Origin: an uncultured virus (IMG/VR IMGVR_UViG_3300012009_000259)
Taxonomy: Duplodnaviria; Heunggongvirae; Uroviricota; Caudoviricetes
DNA length: 64,000 nt
IMG/VR virus record: IMGVR_UViG_3300012009_000259
Strand: one strand, 5' to 3'
Shown piece after piece: positions 27,990 to 38,110 of the stretch. Every line of letters begins with the position of its first letter. The first letter of the stretch is position 1. Below the pieces are notes generated by a model that had not been told where the DNA came from, ran no database searches, and saw only the letters and a program-made list of their open reading frames with translations. The translations under genes were made by a program, and so were the position numbers.

Positions 27990-29491
27990 TCCCTTTCTGT
28001 TGCGCCCATTTCCCCAAAGAAGTGTATCTTGGCCCCAGACACATTACGCAACATATCTGGGTACATCTCCATCAGAAAGGTCTCTACTTGGGCTTTGCCT
28101 TTTCCGTACTTCTCTTCCTGCCATCCATCGTTTTCCGTTCTCCACGTAACTAGCTTGTGATTGAATTTATAGTTATGTGTCCATTTAACATATAGACTGA
28201 ACTCTATTGGCGTATCTCTTAAAAGGTGTAGGCCACCATTAGACAATGCCCGTAGGACAAGCGGCCCATAATCTTGCCATTTCAAAAATCTCTCAAATTC
28301 GTCTTGAGTAAGTGCCCTACTGAAGTGATTCATTAGTCCCACAAAATACATCGCTTGATCTATCGTCATGGGACGTGGACGCTCCCCCGTGGGGGATTGA
28401 AAGAATTCGGCCTTTTCGTTGTATATCAGGCCGCCCCTATCTGACTCTACGGCCACAAAGGTGTTCCCCAATAGCATTACAGTCACCCAGGTTCCTGCCG
28501 CATTTTTGGCAGCGAATTCCTGATGGGGACAAACAATCCAAAGATCATTATTGATCTTGTGCTTCTTAAGTGACCTGTACCCCTCTTTGAAAATCCTTTC
28601 TATTTCTCTTCGTTCATGCGCCACAAAGACACGCCCCATGAACGGGAGTGCAACCCGCTTCTTAAGCCTGGAGGTAGTCCCCTTGGTTATATCTATGCTG
28701 CCAAGCATCTCGATACGTTTCTTGACTAATTCGTCTCCCCAGGCCTTACCCCGCACTTTAACCTTCACTGTTGTAGCAAGTGGGCACCTCAAACCCATGC
28801 AGGTTGAATACCTGCCTAAAAGAGGGCAATCAGACGTATGCTCGCAAAATGCGATCTTGTACGTGGTCATTTTGTTACCCGACCGCTTACCCCTAGAGTC
28901 TTCCGCGTAATATCGACTTCTCTCACTCATCTTAGAGAACTCTCTTGAGAAGCCGACTGGTACGCCCTTTGCCCTCTTGTTAGTCTCAGGGGGGGTTATT
29001 ATTCCAACCCTTTTTTTGCCCCCCTCTTTACTGCGATACTTAGGAGTGCTGACATCAGGGGGAGCGTCCAACACGTCCATGAGGTCTTTGCAGGCAGAAG
29101 AAAAGGTATGATCTTTCCAGTCAGGGGAATGGACAACTTTGTTCATCTGCTCTGTTAGCCAACGGTGGCAGTCCTGCACATCATCCAGCGGTGCTTCTTT
29201 CGCAATACGCCGATAACACCTGGCACGTTCTCTATCCTGTGGTGTGCTATGTGCTTCGGCCTTCCGCGCCTTTGATTCCAGGAAGCTATGCAACCTAACC
29301 GCTATTCGCCTAGAATACATAGGGGTTAAGACGCTCACGATTTCCCCCGCATATCCCAACATTAGTATAGGAGCCTTGATTTCTCTACGCACCTTATCGT
29401 CATACATCATAGTGGCCCAGTTGTAGACTAAGCCGCGCATACCCATTTCTTCTACCCACACAACTCTTCCGTACTGCTCTAATGCATTCAT
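27941..29491 (-). CDS. hypothetical protein
   Basis: 516-aa ORF with a Cys cluster CEHTSDCP..CMGLRCP. Confidence 0.7.
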   Translation of the reverse strand: MNALEQYGRVVWVEEMGMRGLVYNWATMMYDDKVRREIKAPILMLGYAGEIVSVLTPMYSRRIAVRLHSFLESKARKAEAHSTPQDRERARCYRRIAKEAPLDDVQDCHRWLTEQMNKVVHSPDWKDHTFSSACKDLMDVLDAPPDVSTPKYRSKEGGKKRVGIITPPETNKRAKGVPVGFSREFSKMSERSRYYAEDSRGKRSGNKMTTYKIAFCEHTSDCPLLGRYSTCMGLRCPLATTVKVKVRGKAWGDELVKKRIEMLGSIDITKGTTSRLKKRVALPFMGRVFVAHERREIERIFKEGYRSLKKHKINNDLWIVCPHQEFAAKNAAGTWVTVMLLGNTFVAVESDRGGLIYNEKAEFFQSPTGERPRPMTIDQAMYFVGLMNHFSRALTQDEFERFLKWQDYGPLVLRALSNGGLHLLRDTPIEFSLYVKWTHNYKFNHKLVTWRTENDGWQEEKYGKGKAQVETFLMEMYPDMLRNVSGAKIHFFGEMGATEREWLARCARRLRQQRKT

Positions 29492-29573
29492 AGTCCTCTT
29501 TCTCGGTGACTTCTCTATCTGTGGTTTATTATACTAACACAGCAAGGATAGGGTTTAATACAAGGAGGATATT

Positions 29574-29963
29574 GTGAAGAAAAGTAGACCGCCAGGAACA
29601 AATTTGATGTTCGTACATTACGACCCCATACCTTCAGGTGGAGCATGGGGAGATTGCGGTTTTACTGTAAGTTATGGAGGCCCCGAATGGATAGATTCGG
29701 TAGCACTAGGATTTGTAGAAGCCTTAGAAGGTGATCTACTTCCAGAATTAGAGCGAACAGACCGTTATGTCTGGAAGTCCAATGCTTCCTCTTTGGGTAT
29801 TTGGGGGGACAAGCAACAACTACTCAGGGCTTTGGATAAGCACCTAGGGGATATTTGGCAATTATACGACTACAACATTGAGACGCGGGTATACGGTCAC
29901 CAGACAGAACGCCCTTTTACCCGTAAGATTGGTGAGTTTGTATTTATAAGCAATAGGCAGTAG
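29574..29963 (+). CDS. hypothetical protein
   Basis: aaggagg RBS, GTG start. Confidence 0.65.
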   Translation: MKKSRPPGTNLMFVHYDPIPSGGAWGDCGFTVSYGGPEWIDSVALGFVEALEGDLLPELERTDRYVWKSNASSLGIWGDKQQLLRALDKHLGDIWQLYDYNIETRVYGHQTERPFTRKIGEFVFISNRQ

Positions 29964-30743
29964 GTGCAGGCGATGAAGCATGTTCTTGCATGGAGTGGTG
30001 GTAAAGACTCCACCGCTAGCGCCATTGTAGCAAAAGAAAAGGGGCTACCGATAGATCATATCATTACCCTACGCCCCGACCCATTCAAGTTAGAGGTCAA
30101 GTTTGCGGAGCGTTTTGAAGAATGGATGGGTATGGAAATAGAAGTCCTGCATGGCCCAACCTTCGAGGATTTCTTCTACATGCGCAAGGGGGAGAACGCC
30201 AAGTTCGCGGGAGATATTTACGGTTGGCCGATGACGGTATATAGAACATGTAGTCGTGTGCTAAAAACCGACGTTATCGAGGCGTGGCAAGAAAAACAAG
30301 AAGATGATATTGTGATGATTGTGGGCATTGCCGCAGATGAAGAAAAACGCCTAAAGGGGCTAGGTAGGTCTGGGGATATATCCTATTTAGCACAGGAGGG
30401 AGTTACTGAAAACAGGGCACGTACTCTATGTGTCAAGCACAACCTTCTAAATCCCCTATATCAGTACTTTGATCGACTGGGGTGCGTGCGTTGCCCCAAG
30501 CAAAGAATAGAGTCTCTACGTCAGGTGCGTAGGCTTGAACCTGAGAAATGGCAGTGGGGCATAGACCACGACCATGAGAGCCCTGTGAGTTTCAGGGCTA
30601 ATGGGCGGACATTCCGAGAGATAGAATATCGGATAGCCTCTGGAGATAGGTGGGCCGATGGGCGCACAAAACAAGGCAAGCAACTTATGAAGGGGCAGAC
30701 CTCCTACTATTATCGCAGTTATGCTACGATGCCCCAAGGATAA
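29964..30743 (+). CDS. phosphoadenosine phosphosulfate reductase-family (PP-loop) protein
   Basis: VLAWSGGKDSTA PP-loop; GIAADE; RLGCVRCP. Confidence 0.88.
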   Translation: MQAMKHVLAWSGGKDSTASAIVAKEKGLPIDHIITLRPDPFKLEVKFAERFEEWMGMEIEVLHGPTFEDFFYMRKGENAKFAGDIYGWPMTVYRTCSRVLKTDVIEAWQEKQEDDIVMIVGIAADEEKRLKGLGRSGDISYLAQEGVTENRARTLCVKHNLLNPLYQYFDRLGCVRCPKQRIESLRQVRRLEPEKWQWGIDHDHESPVSFRANGRTFREIEYRIASGDRWADGRTKQGKQLMKGQTSYYYRSYATMPQG

Positions 30744-31134
30744 GGCTCACAAAAGCCTCAGCCATCTCTTCAGAGAGGTTTTCTGCATGGAGGTAGATCG
30801 TAGAGTCCAGGGAGTCCTTTAGTGAAGAAACCACCCTTACCTTCGAGCAACCTGAGAGTAAAGTGTGGGCTTCTCTTATCCGTCTTAAGTCTTCTATAAC
30901 ATCTACGATGTCGCCGCTTGCGGAGAGAGCAATCTTATCCCCCTGAAGCATAAGATGGCCCTTGTTGGTTCTACCCGATACAGGCTCTCCAAAGTGATAC
31001 TCTCTCAACCAGGAAAGCATGTCTCTGTTGGTCGGTAATGATACATGTAAACGTCCTTTTGTCTGAGAAACCATTTTCAGGATAAGAGGAAGAATTATCT
31101 TAGATAGATCTAGTGTTGCTTGAATGTTACTCAT
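30724..31134 (-). CDS. hypothetical protein
   Basis: 136-aa ORF, RBS aaggag. Confidence 0.6.
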   Translation of the reverse strand: MSNIQATLDLSKIILPLILKMVSQTKGRLHVSLPTNRDMLSWLREYHFGEPVSGRTNKGHLMLQGDKIALSASGDIVDVIEDLRRIREAHTLLSGCSKVRVVSSLKDSLDSTIYLHAENLSEEMAEAFVSLILGAS

Positions 31135-31216
31135 GCTGTTTTCTCCTTGATATGGTAAACCTTACTGTTTATGTATTAGTATAATATGACAGCCAAGAAT
31201 TAACCAAGGGGAGACT

Positions 31217-31654
31217 ATGCGTAAGGATGCAATACCGATACGAACTGTTGATGACAAAATATCAACAGCCACGAAAGCGATTGTGGAAGAAGAGGCGGGG
31301 ATAATCGTAGGGTTTAGGTCGGTACAAGCGGCAACCCACTGCAAGACCATCAAGCCAAGCCATCAAGCACCTTCGATACTCTTGGTTAGGAAGAAGGAGA
31401 AAGAAGAGAGGGCATTGTTTGGCGGCAGAGGTTCCCAGAACTTATACCTTGTCGAGCTCAGAGCGGAAAACGTACCCAACGTTCAACAGATGTCAGTAAG
31501 ACAGTTTAAGAATTATGCTTTGCGGAAAAGTGGTATTCAGCACCTCCTATCTCAGGGGGCCACCATAGGAGCAGCTAGGGGGGAATTATTTATCACTGCC
31601 GCATGGGTAGGCATCCGCATGGAAGTGTTTGTTTATCTCACAGAGGAAGTATAG
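31217..31654 (+). CDS. hypothetical protein
   Basis: 145-aa ORF after GTATAAT. Confidence 0.6.
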   Translation: MRKDAIPIRTVDDKISTATKAIVEEEAGIIVGFRSVQAATHCKTIKPSHQAPSILLVRKKEKEERALFGGRGSQNLYLVELRAENVPNVQQMSVRQFKNYALRKSGIQHLLSQGATIGAARGELFITAAWVGIRMEVFVYLTEEV

Positions 31655-31701
31655 TTATCTTGACTTCGATGGGTTAGGTTTCTTTAGAAGGGGGAAACAA
31701 G

Positions 31702-32115
31702 ATGGATTTTGAGAGGGTCAAAGGGAGATACTTGAAAGTATTAAGAGGCATAGGCTTCTACCACGATGTGAATATACACCAGGGTAGTATGGGGGTTCCA
31801 GACCTGGTGTACGGGGAAGAAGACGCCATAATACTCGTATCAGTCGGTTCTGAAGTTGTGGCTGAGAATTGGGTTTGGGGGGGGCTACGTCTAAAGATTT
31901 ATGTTACAGTCTCATCAAGTCATTCGCCCCCCTGTGAAGTGCTGGATGTTCTATCCAAGATGGACAAAATCCTAAATGGAGCAATACTCCTGCTTAGGGT
32001 AACAACAGCAGACGACATAAGAGAGGCAGGGGAGAGTTTTGACAGGAAGGTGTTAAGTGCGTCAAACCCCCTACAAAGCATGTATCGACATGCCATGAGA
32101 AAATATCTACAATAA
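31702..32115 (+). CDS. hypothetical protein
   Basis: 137-aa ORF with G-rich RBS. Confidence 0.6.
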   Translation: MDFERVKGRYLKVLRGIGFYHDVNIHQGSMGVPDLVYGEEDAIILVSVGSEVVAENWVWGGLRLKIYVTVSSSHSPPCEVLDVLSKMDKILNGAILLLRVTTADDIREAGESFDRKVLSASNPLQSMYRHAMRKYLQ

Positions 32116-32228
32116 AAAGGGAGAGGTCGGAGAGCCTCACCTTCTATCGGCAGGGCTCTTCCAACAAGCATACCTCTGTCGTCTGGCCTGAGTCGAGACT
32201 ATTATCTACATCCTGTATTTCAGAGCCT

Positions 32229-32693
32229 CTACGAGGTCGTCGTAGGCTTGCGCACATAGGTCACCCTTCCGCCAGTCATCACGGGAGACCACACTAAATC
32301 CCCCGTGCCCCTACGTCGTATTTGTGGGAACACACGCCCATGACATACGGGGCATATAGATGAGTCAAAGACCTTCACCCCTTTCCATTTTGCCGTTTTG
32401 TATCCGCACTTTGAACACTGCATACGGGTCTTGTAGGGTAGCGTTCCGTCTGGCCCGTGTCTGGTTTTAGGATTAGCGAAGGCGAAAAATCTCCGCGCAA
32501 ACTTCGCTGCGTCATCGACGTGGACTGATACTCGGTGAATGCTGTTCCTGTAATACACCCTCAGCCCTTCTACCAAATACGGGTACTCGCCGTTATCCCA
32601 TTTGTGAACATACTTTGCAAGTGTTTGGTCAGTATACGGCTGCCCACCTGCTTGTAAGATCGCTTCACTTAGTGTGATTGTGCTCTTGTCCAT
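32229..32693 (-). CDS. zinc-ribbon-containing hypothetical protein
   Basis: CSKCG and CPVCH; RBS gaggagg. Confidence 0.7.
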   Translation of the reverse strand: MDKSTITLSEAILQAGGQPYTDQTLAKYVHKWDNGEYPYLVEGLRVYYRNSIHRVSVHVDDAAKFARRFFAFANPKTRHGPDGTLPYKTRMQCSKCGYKTAKWKGVKVFDSSICPVCHGRVFPQIRRRGTGDLVWSPVMTGGRVTYVRKPTTTS

Positions 32694-32760
32694 CGCTCCT
32701 CCTCGTTGCTTTCTATATTCTACATCTAATCTCCCTCATGGGTGTCAAAGGATATATAAG

Positions 32761-32854
32761 TTAGTTGGGGGGATGGGGGGGTATTCTGGAAAGTAATTTA
32801 GTTGGGAGCAAAAACTTTTCGACTTTCTAAAATACCCCCCCATCCCCCCAACTG
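32761..32854 (-). repeat. ~95-bp dispersed palindromic element (34-bp imperfect inverted arms)
   Basis: ttagttggggggatgggggggtattctggaaagt ... actttctaaaatacccccccatccccccaactga. Confidence 0.95.
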
Positions 32855-32878
32855 AACACCTGTTCGATATTTTGGATG

Positions 32879-33418
32879 TTAGGGATGGCGCATCATATAC
32901 ACTTCTGCGGTCTCAACCGCCTCCATCAGACCATCTACTACAACTTGTTTGTTGTTGTTGCACTGATGGAACCCAACGACGCATATCCCTCCTGAGCGAA
33001 GTCCGGTGTTCGCGCTCAAGGAAATAGATGGGTAAACATTCATAGAGTTGTGAATACGCTCTCTAACCCAAGCAAAAAAAGTAGTGGGGCGCATGCCCAT
33101 AGGTATACTATCCACATTTGAATAATCGGCCAAACGCCAGCCGTCTATGTTTGTTCTTGCTAATTGGGCTGCCCTACCGATGAGGCATATACTCGCCATA
33201 ACAGGGGCCTTCGACAGTTCCCCGTGTTTTGAGCATATCTGTAGCAAGGTTCGGTTCGTGAGTTTGTCAGAACGTATGGCAGCCGCCAAAATGTCCTCGT
33301 CTTTAGAAGTAATGATAGTAGGGAGATGGTTCTCCCAAGCCCTCTCGATGTCGGAAAGTTCGCCCCTTTCCACTCCAATCTTAAGAAGGGCGAACCTCAT
33401 TAAGCTTTGGTTCGTCAC
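32879..33418 (-). CDS. hypothetical protein
   Basis: 179-aa ORF, 4-nt overlap with the upstream gene. Confidence 0.6.
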   Translation of the reverse strand: MTNQSLMRFALLKIGVERGELSDIERAWENHLPTIITSKDEDILAAAIRSDKLTNRTLLQICSKHGELSKAPVMASICLIGRAAQLARTNIDGWRLADYSNVDSIPMGMRPTTFFAWVRERIHNSMNVYPSISLSANTGLRSGGICVVGFHQCNNNKQVVVDGLMEAVETAEVYMMRHP

Positions 33419-33747
33419 TTTGCCTCCCTCTCTTTATGTATGACATCTACTATGCCTTCTATTAGGGCCTTCTCTCTTTGTTTAGCAATCTTTCGTAGCA
33501 CCGCCAGTCCCTTACTTTTATCACATCTCAAGTGCGGCACCTCCAAGGGTATGCAATCCTTTGGAAGATTGCTTGTGGTGCGAGGGGGCATAGGCGCAGC
33601 TCGATACGTGCCGTCTTCGTAGAAGATTATCCCCAGAGGGGTATCTCCCGTCATAGTGTTTTTTAATACTAAATCTGCGAAGGGGACTTCTGCTAGAAAT
33701 CTTTCCCACGCCAGCCAGATATGCTCTTGTCTTCTTACACTCGTCAT
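33415..33747 (-). CDS. hypothetical protein
   Basis: 110-aa ORF, RBS ggaggt. Confidence 0.6.
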   Translation of the reverse strand: MTSVRRQEHIWLAWERFLAEVPFADLVLKNTMTGDTPLGIIFYEDGTYRAAPMPPRTTSNLPKDCIPLEVPHLRCDKSKGLAVLRKIAKQREKALIEGIVDVIHKEREAK

Positions 33748-33882
33748 GTGTCACCTCCCCTTAGTATGCCGCATTGTACTATCTCCTTACCTATCTTCTA
33801 TAGACTGCCTCCTGTATAATGAAACATGTCCAAATAGGAGATAGAGAATGTTCCAACACCCTACAATCTCTCACCTTGTATA

Positions 33883-34368
33883 ATGGAAAAAGGAGGCAAC
33901 GTGAAAAATCTATGCGTTATTAGATTGAGTCAGCAGGTCATATCTCAGATTAAGGTTATCAGCCCTTTCTACGAAGATCGCGGGTACAACATAGTGGCTG
34001 AGGTAGTGGAATCGGTCTCCAGGATTCCATTTGGTGGAAAATATCCTACTCGAAGAGAATTGGACAATCTTGAGGGGTTTTCTGTAAGGGACTACAGGGC
34101 CGAAGATAAGAGCCTAAAACCTCATTGCCATAAATGCCGGTGGGCACAGAGGGTTCCAGGACATGCGCATATCAAGTGTGTTCACGATAGCCTTGACAAT
34201 AAGATGAGACTTTTTTATCTTCGCTTGGTAGTGCAAAAGTCCGCCCCCTATCCAAACCCAATAGACGTTTGGGGGCAATCCCACGCTATACGTCGAGGAT
34301 GGTTTGGGTGGCCCGAACTATTCGACCCGACATGGCTTATTCGATGCTTTGGCTACGAGGAGAAATAA
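33883..34368 (+). CDS. Cys/His-rich phage-type hypothetical protein
   Basis: CHKC..VPGHAHIKC..HAIRRGWFGWPELFDPTWLIRC. Confidence 0.65.
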   Translation: MEKGGNVKNLCVIRLSQQVISQIKVISPFYEDRGYNIVAEVVESVSRIPFGGKYPTRRELDNLEGFSVRDYRAEDKSLKPHCHKCRWAQRVPGHAHIKCVHDSLDNKMRLFYLRLVVQKSAPYPNPIDVWGQSHAIRRGWFGWPELFDPTWLIRCFGYEEK

Positions 34369-35450
34369 TGTTTAAGATAACATTGCCTTCGCCATTTGAC
34401 GACTTTCCTTTATCTGTATCTGCAAGTGTGGATACGAACAAGGATTGTAGCCGTGGCGCTGTAGACTTCCCTGAGTCAGAGAGTGACATGATGGCGCGGG
34501 CAAGCGTACATCATAAAAAGGGGGATGTTAAGATGATTATTGCCGTGTACCCCAGAGCGTGGGACTGGCTAAATAAGGCCTTGTTTCTCTTCTTTACTGC
34601 TCTCGGTCTACCGATATGCGTAAAAGCAACAATCAACGAGCGAACAGTCCCCTTTTTTGAAGGGGAGTATCCGGTATTAAACGAACACCCTTACAGCCGC
34701 ACACTAAGAAGCGAAGGGCATCATGGTGAGTATTCGTATGTTGGCGAGGGGCAGGATGGTTTTGTATATGCAAGTATCGAAAATGCAGTAGGGTGTCCTG
34801 TCCGAAACCTGCTCCCCCTAACATCCATTATCTGCTCCTGCCTTTCGTTTAACTATCTAGCCCAATCTAACGAGGGAGCAGGGACAGGGGTGTCCGTAAA
34901 TGGAGAGATGAGGATGGTGACAAACCTGATGGGAGAAATGGGGTTTAGACTGCGTATAGAAGGCAAAGGCCGCTTTTTCGCAGTTATCCATGCTGATAGT
35001 GGATACCGATTAGGCACGGTTGCACTTCCTGCGAAGATAGATGATATAAATAGTTTTCTAGTGAGATATATAAGTGAAGAAGCTGAAAACCAGATCACCT
35101 TCTGGCTGCGAGCGTGGAGAATCAGAGTTGTTAGAACAATACGTCGCATAGAGTCGAGATTACAGGGGGCAGACATAAAAGGGCAATACAAGTTCAGTAA
35201 TGCTAAAGGAGTCACACTAGTGCACGAATGGGAGGATAACGTATATCAATGCAAAGCGTTGGTGTGGGATAGCCTCACTGATAAAGAGTATATACCAATA
35301 GCGACCTTTGAGCCCGATACCGATAGGGAAATTACTTCAAGAATTGAAAAGAATCTTATCGCTGCCGTTATATCGACAGCATGGCATCTCATGTCATCTC
35401 TCGAACGAGCAGGTGTGTTTCAGACAGCACAAAGAATGTGTCTTAGATAG
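34368..35450 (+). CDS. hypothetical protein
   Basis: long ORF with TAATG coupling and gaggag RBS. Confidence 0.7.
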   Translation: MFKITLPSPFDDFPLSVSASVDTNKDCSRGAVDFPESESDMMARASVHHKKGDVKMIIAVYPRAWDWLNKALFLFFTALGLPICVKATINERTVPFFEGEYPVLNEHPYSRTLRSEGHHGEYSYVGEGQDGFVYASIENAVGCPVRNLLPLTSIICSCLSFNYLAQSNEGAGTGVSVNGEMRMVTNLMGEMGFRLRIEGKGRFFAVIHADSGYRLGTVALPAKIDDINSFLVRYISEEAENQITFWLRAWRIRVVRTIRRIESRLQGADIKGQYKFSNAKGVTLVHEWEDNVYQCKALVWDSLTDKEYIPIATFEPDTDREITSRIEKNLIAAVISTAWHLMSSLERAGVFQTAQRMCLR

Positions 35451-35997
35451 CACAAAGAGAGTAGATGTGAGAAAGAAGCAAGAAGCGAGATTGTTGTCTA
35501 AAAAGGAGATACTGATTATCGCGGGGTTGTCTAACCTTACAGTTGGTGTGGCTGTAGCCCTTTCAATCGTCGTTGTCTTCTTTATCCCCGCGCTTTATTA
35601 TGTGCCCCCTGGCTCTATGTCCCCCTATCTCACCTATGGGCCAGCATACATCATGCTGTTATTGTGGGTGCTGACTATGCTGTTTTGCATATATGAGATT
35701 GTGCGCCCAATCACCTGCCTTATTTTCTACACTGTTTTGACATCCGTACTTGCTTCGTTTTGGATGATAATTCTCCCCTTTGGGGATATAGTTGGAGAAG
35801 GTGTAGCGGGGGGAGTTGTAACTATACTTTTAATGTGGGGTCAGGTGTACAAGGCGGTGGCCCACCGCTCTTTTATTGAAAGCCTTGTGGGTAAAGAGGC
35901 AAAACAAAAAGGCACGCGAAGTAAAAAGGAAGAAGTCTTTAACGTAGTAATCTGGCTATTTTTCTTCGGTCTTCCTCTTTTCCTAATAATGATATAG
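35308..35997 (+). CDS. polytopic membrane protein (start probably near 35467)
   Basis: about five hydrophobic helices. Confidence 0.65.
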   Translation: MSPIPIGKLLQELKRILSLPLYRQHGISCHLSNEQVCFRQHKECVLDSTKRVDVRKKQEARLLSKKEILIIAGLSNLTVGVAVALSIVVVFFIPALYYVPPGSMSPYLTYGPAYIMLLLWVLTMLFCIYEIVRPITCLIFYTVLTSVLASFWMIILPFGDIVGEGVAGGVVTILLMWGQVYKAVAHRSFIESLVGKEAKQKGTRSKKEEVFNVVIWLFFFGLPLFLIMI

Positions 35998-36016
35998 GCA
36001 GTGAGACAATATACAA

Positions 36017-36418
36017 TCACATCTGGGGAAGAGGATTCTTAATTGCCACTCTCTTGTCTAGTAACGTACACCGCGCTATGACACCTGGTGGAATAGACCC
36101 TCTACTGAATACACTCCACAGGGAATTTACACGCCCTCTAGCCCCCCCTTTTTGCATGTCTGCTTTTAGTGCCCTTATTGCCCTCCCCGTATTGTCTTTA
36201 TCTAGGAAGGCTACCTGGGGCTCTACTCTGCTGGCTATGTAGTTCCTTAAATCCTCTACCCCAAAATCGTATACGAGCATGTATACAGAGTTGGGAGACC
36301 TGGCCCTGGAGAACAATGCCAGCACTAGTATAGGCCGGACTTGCCCCCTCCTGCTGCCACCATTATAATTGGAGACAATAGTGCCTCTCTGCTCTATTAC
36401 CTCATATATGGGAACCAT
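36017..36418 (-). CDS. WYL-like domain protein
   Basis: YNGGSRRGQVRPI...YMLVYD....LRNYIASRV resembles the WYL SH3-fold pattern. Confidence 0.55.
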   Translation of the reverse strand: MVPIYEVIEQRGTIVSNYNGGSRRGQVRPILVLALFSRARSPNSVYMLVYDFGVEDLRNYIASRVEPQVAFLDKDNTGRAIRALKADMQKGGARGRVNSLWSVFSRGSIPPGVIARCTLLDKRVAIKNPLPQM

Positions 36419-37053
36419 ACAAGCAGACCTCTTTTTTCTCCGTCTACTTCGACAACAGATGTTAGACGGCTTTTGCCCCAGACTCCCGCTTCAGAGAGAG
36501 GCTTGCCTACCTTTACAGGCTCTTTTGTAAGCAGAGCGTCATTCCAATAAACGGGCATATTATTTTTATCAACCATAGATGGTACAAGGTTAATAAATGG
36601 ACGTGAGTTGACTTCTTTCGACAACCAAGAGAGAGCCTCGTTGTTTAGGGGTTTTGGGAGACCAGCAACTTTTACAAATGCCCACCAAGGAACTTCCCAC
36701 CTCACAGGCATCTTGTAAATTTCGTGTGTCGCTGCGTATATCTCTTCTCTGGCCTTTCGGAGTGACTTCTTTAGATATACCAAGCTCTGATTACCTCTGT
36801 AGTGGAGGCATATTAGTCGGTAAAGCTGCATACCCCAATACAGAGGGTGATCCCCCTTGTAGTGTTTTTTCATCAACTGCACAAGAAAGCCACCAGTGTC
36901 CAGTATCTGAACAGTCTGAACGTGCTCTCTATGTAAGGGTTGTTCTTTTACGACCTTGTTAGTCTGGTGGAAAACACCCTCTCTGTACTCGACGCTAATA
37001 GGTTTAGTTGAGGATGTCCTTAAGCTTATCAACATCTGCGTCCTCCATGTCAC
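36397..37053 (-). CDS. hypothetical protein
   Basis: 218-aa ORF in operon. Confidence 0.6.
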   Translation of the reverse strand: MTWRTQMLISLRTSSTKPISVEYREGVFHQTNKVVKEQPLHREHVQTVQILDTGGFLVQLMKKHYKGDHPLYWGMQLYRLICLHYRGNQSLVYLKKSLRKAREEIYAATHEIYKMPVRWEVPWWAFVKVAGLPKPLNNEALSWLSKEVNSRPFINLVPSMVDKNNMPVYWNDALLTKEPVKVGKPLSEAGVWGKSRLTSVVEVDGEKRGLLVWFPYMR

Positions 37054-37627
37054 GCATGATGCGCGTGACGGTGGTCTTCTCCCCTTGGATTATAATTGTC
37101 CAGGCTCTTGCCTGTGAATATGACTCTAACATCCCTTCTTCGATATAGTTTGAAAAAGCTTTATAGTCATACGTCCCTGGACTGGGGGCGTCGATTATTG
37201 CTATTCCAACGGATGATCTTGGTCGCTGAATCACAATGCGACTGCCGTCAATCCACTTGGTGTCGCTACTCTCGTTCGACAGCGTTAAAACGGAGAAATA
37301 AAAAGCGTTCAAATCAGGAACAATCGCTACCTGGAATGTATTTATTCCTGGTATCCTCCAGAAACCCGCCCCTACCTCCTCGATTGCATTTATTATCTGC
37401 TCCCCAGGTGGGGCCACAGCAGTTGGCGTTGGCGTCGGAGAGGGGGTCGGTGTCGGTGTTGGTGTTGCAGGCCCTCCCCCCAAGTCAATACCAAGACTAT
37501 CGAGGTTTAGACTCCCAAGGCTTACTCCTTGGGACTGCACGAGGAGTGCTCCTGCAACCAGCACTACTACTACAACTGGCGCTATAAACCACACCTTCTT
37601 ATTCTTCTCATCTTTCTTCTTGCCCAC
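37004..37627 (-). CDS. membrane-anchored protein with a PT-rich linker
   Basis: TM helix followed by PATPTPTPTPSPTPTPT; RBS ggagg. Confidence 0.75.
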   Translation of the reverse strand: MGKKKDEKNKKVWFIAPVVVVVLVAGALLVQSQGVSLGSLNLDSLGIDLGGGPATPTPTPTPSPTPTPTAVAPPGEQIINAIEEVGAGFWRIPGINTFQVAIVPDLNAFYFSVLTLSNESSDTKWIDGSRIVIQRPRSSVGIAIIDAPSPGTYDYKAFSNYIEEGMLESYSQARAWTIIIQGEKTTVTRIMRDMEDADVDKLKDILN

Positions 37628-37702
37628 AGTTCCTCCCTTTTTATACGTATCTCATTATACATTACCATGATACACTGGGTTTAGAAAAAGCCATCGACCT
37701 AT

Positions 37703-37731
37703 TTGACAGAAATGCACCATTATGGTAGTAT
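37703..37731 (+). promoter_or_regulatory. sigma-70 promoter of the tRNA operon
   Basis: TTGACA (37703-37708), 17-bp spacer, extended -10 TG-n-TAGTAT (37726-37731); predicted +1 near 37738. Confidence 0.8.
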
Positions 37732-37737
37732 ATACAC

Positions 37738-37812
37738 ATGGACAAGATGAAGAAGTTATGCTCGCTACATTTGTATCTCGGAACCCTCAAGGGTGGAAGG
37801 GAGAAGGCGTAG
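37738..37812 (+). CDS. putative leaderless attenuator leader peptide MDKMKKLCSLHLYLGTLKGGREKA
   Basis: ATG at the predicted TSS; codon run TTA TGC TCG CTA CAT TTG TAT CTC, seven of which match downstream tRNA anticodons. Confidence 0.7.
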   Translation: MDKMKKLCSLHLYLGTLKGGREKA

Positions 37813-37845
37813 CACCTTCATTTTATTTCTCCTTCAAGACCGCCC
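37791..37845 (+). promoter_or_regulatory. putative antiterminator helix
   Basis: gggtgg/aagggagaa (37791-37805) can pair with ttctccttc...ccgccc (37827-37845), overlapping the terminator 5' arm. Confidence 0.6.
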
Positions 37846-37871
37846 AGAAAAACAAGGGGTGGTCTTTTTTT
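37836..37871 (+). terminator. intrinsic terminator (attenuator) upstream of the tRNA array
   Basis: aagaccgccc / gggtggtctt stem ending in a T7 run. Confidence 0.8.
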
Positions 37872-37898
37872 GTACCTTAACAATAGAAGTGAAATTAA

Positions 37899-37981
37899 GC
37901 GGATGTGACGGAATGGAAGACGAGGGAGACTTAAAATCTTCTGCTCTTCGGGGCGTGTGGGTTCGACTCCCACCATCCGCA
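37899..37981 (+). tRNA. tRNA-Leu(UAA)
   Basis: gcggatg/catccgc acceptor, anticodon loop cttaaaa, long variable arm, GTTCGA T-loop. Confidence 0.92.
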
Positions 37982-37987
37982 CAATAG

Positions 37988-38071
37988 GCTGATGTGGCGT
38001 AATAGGCAAACGTGCTGCGTTCAGGACGCAGTGGGCTTAGGCTCGTGAGAGTTCGACTCTCTCCATCAGCA
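37988..38071 (+). tRNA. tRNA-Leu(CAG)
   Basis: gctgatg/catcagc acceptor; ctgcg-ttcagga-cgcag. Confidence 0.92.
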
Positions 38072-38110
38072 CTTGGTATTAGGCAGGGCTTGTCCCATCG
38101 CCTAATGCTA

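Noticed and set aside
32761..32854. Palindromic element as an integron attC site or CRISPR repeat
   Set aside because: The ends read GTT...AAC, the reverse of the attC RYYYAAC...GTTRRRY arrangement; copies are dispersed rather than arrayed; no integrase or cas genes were seen.
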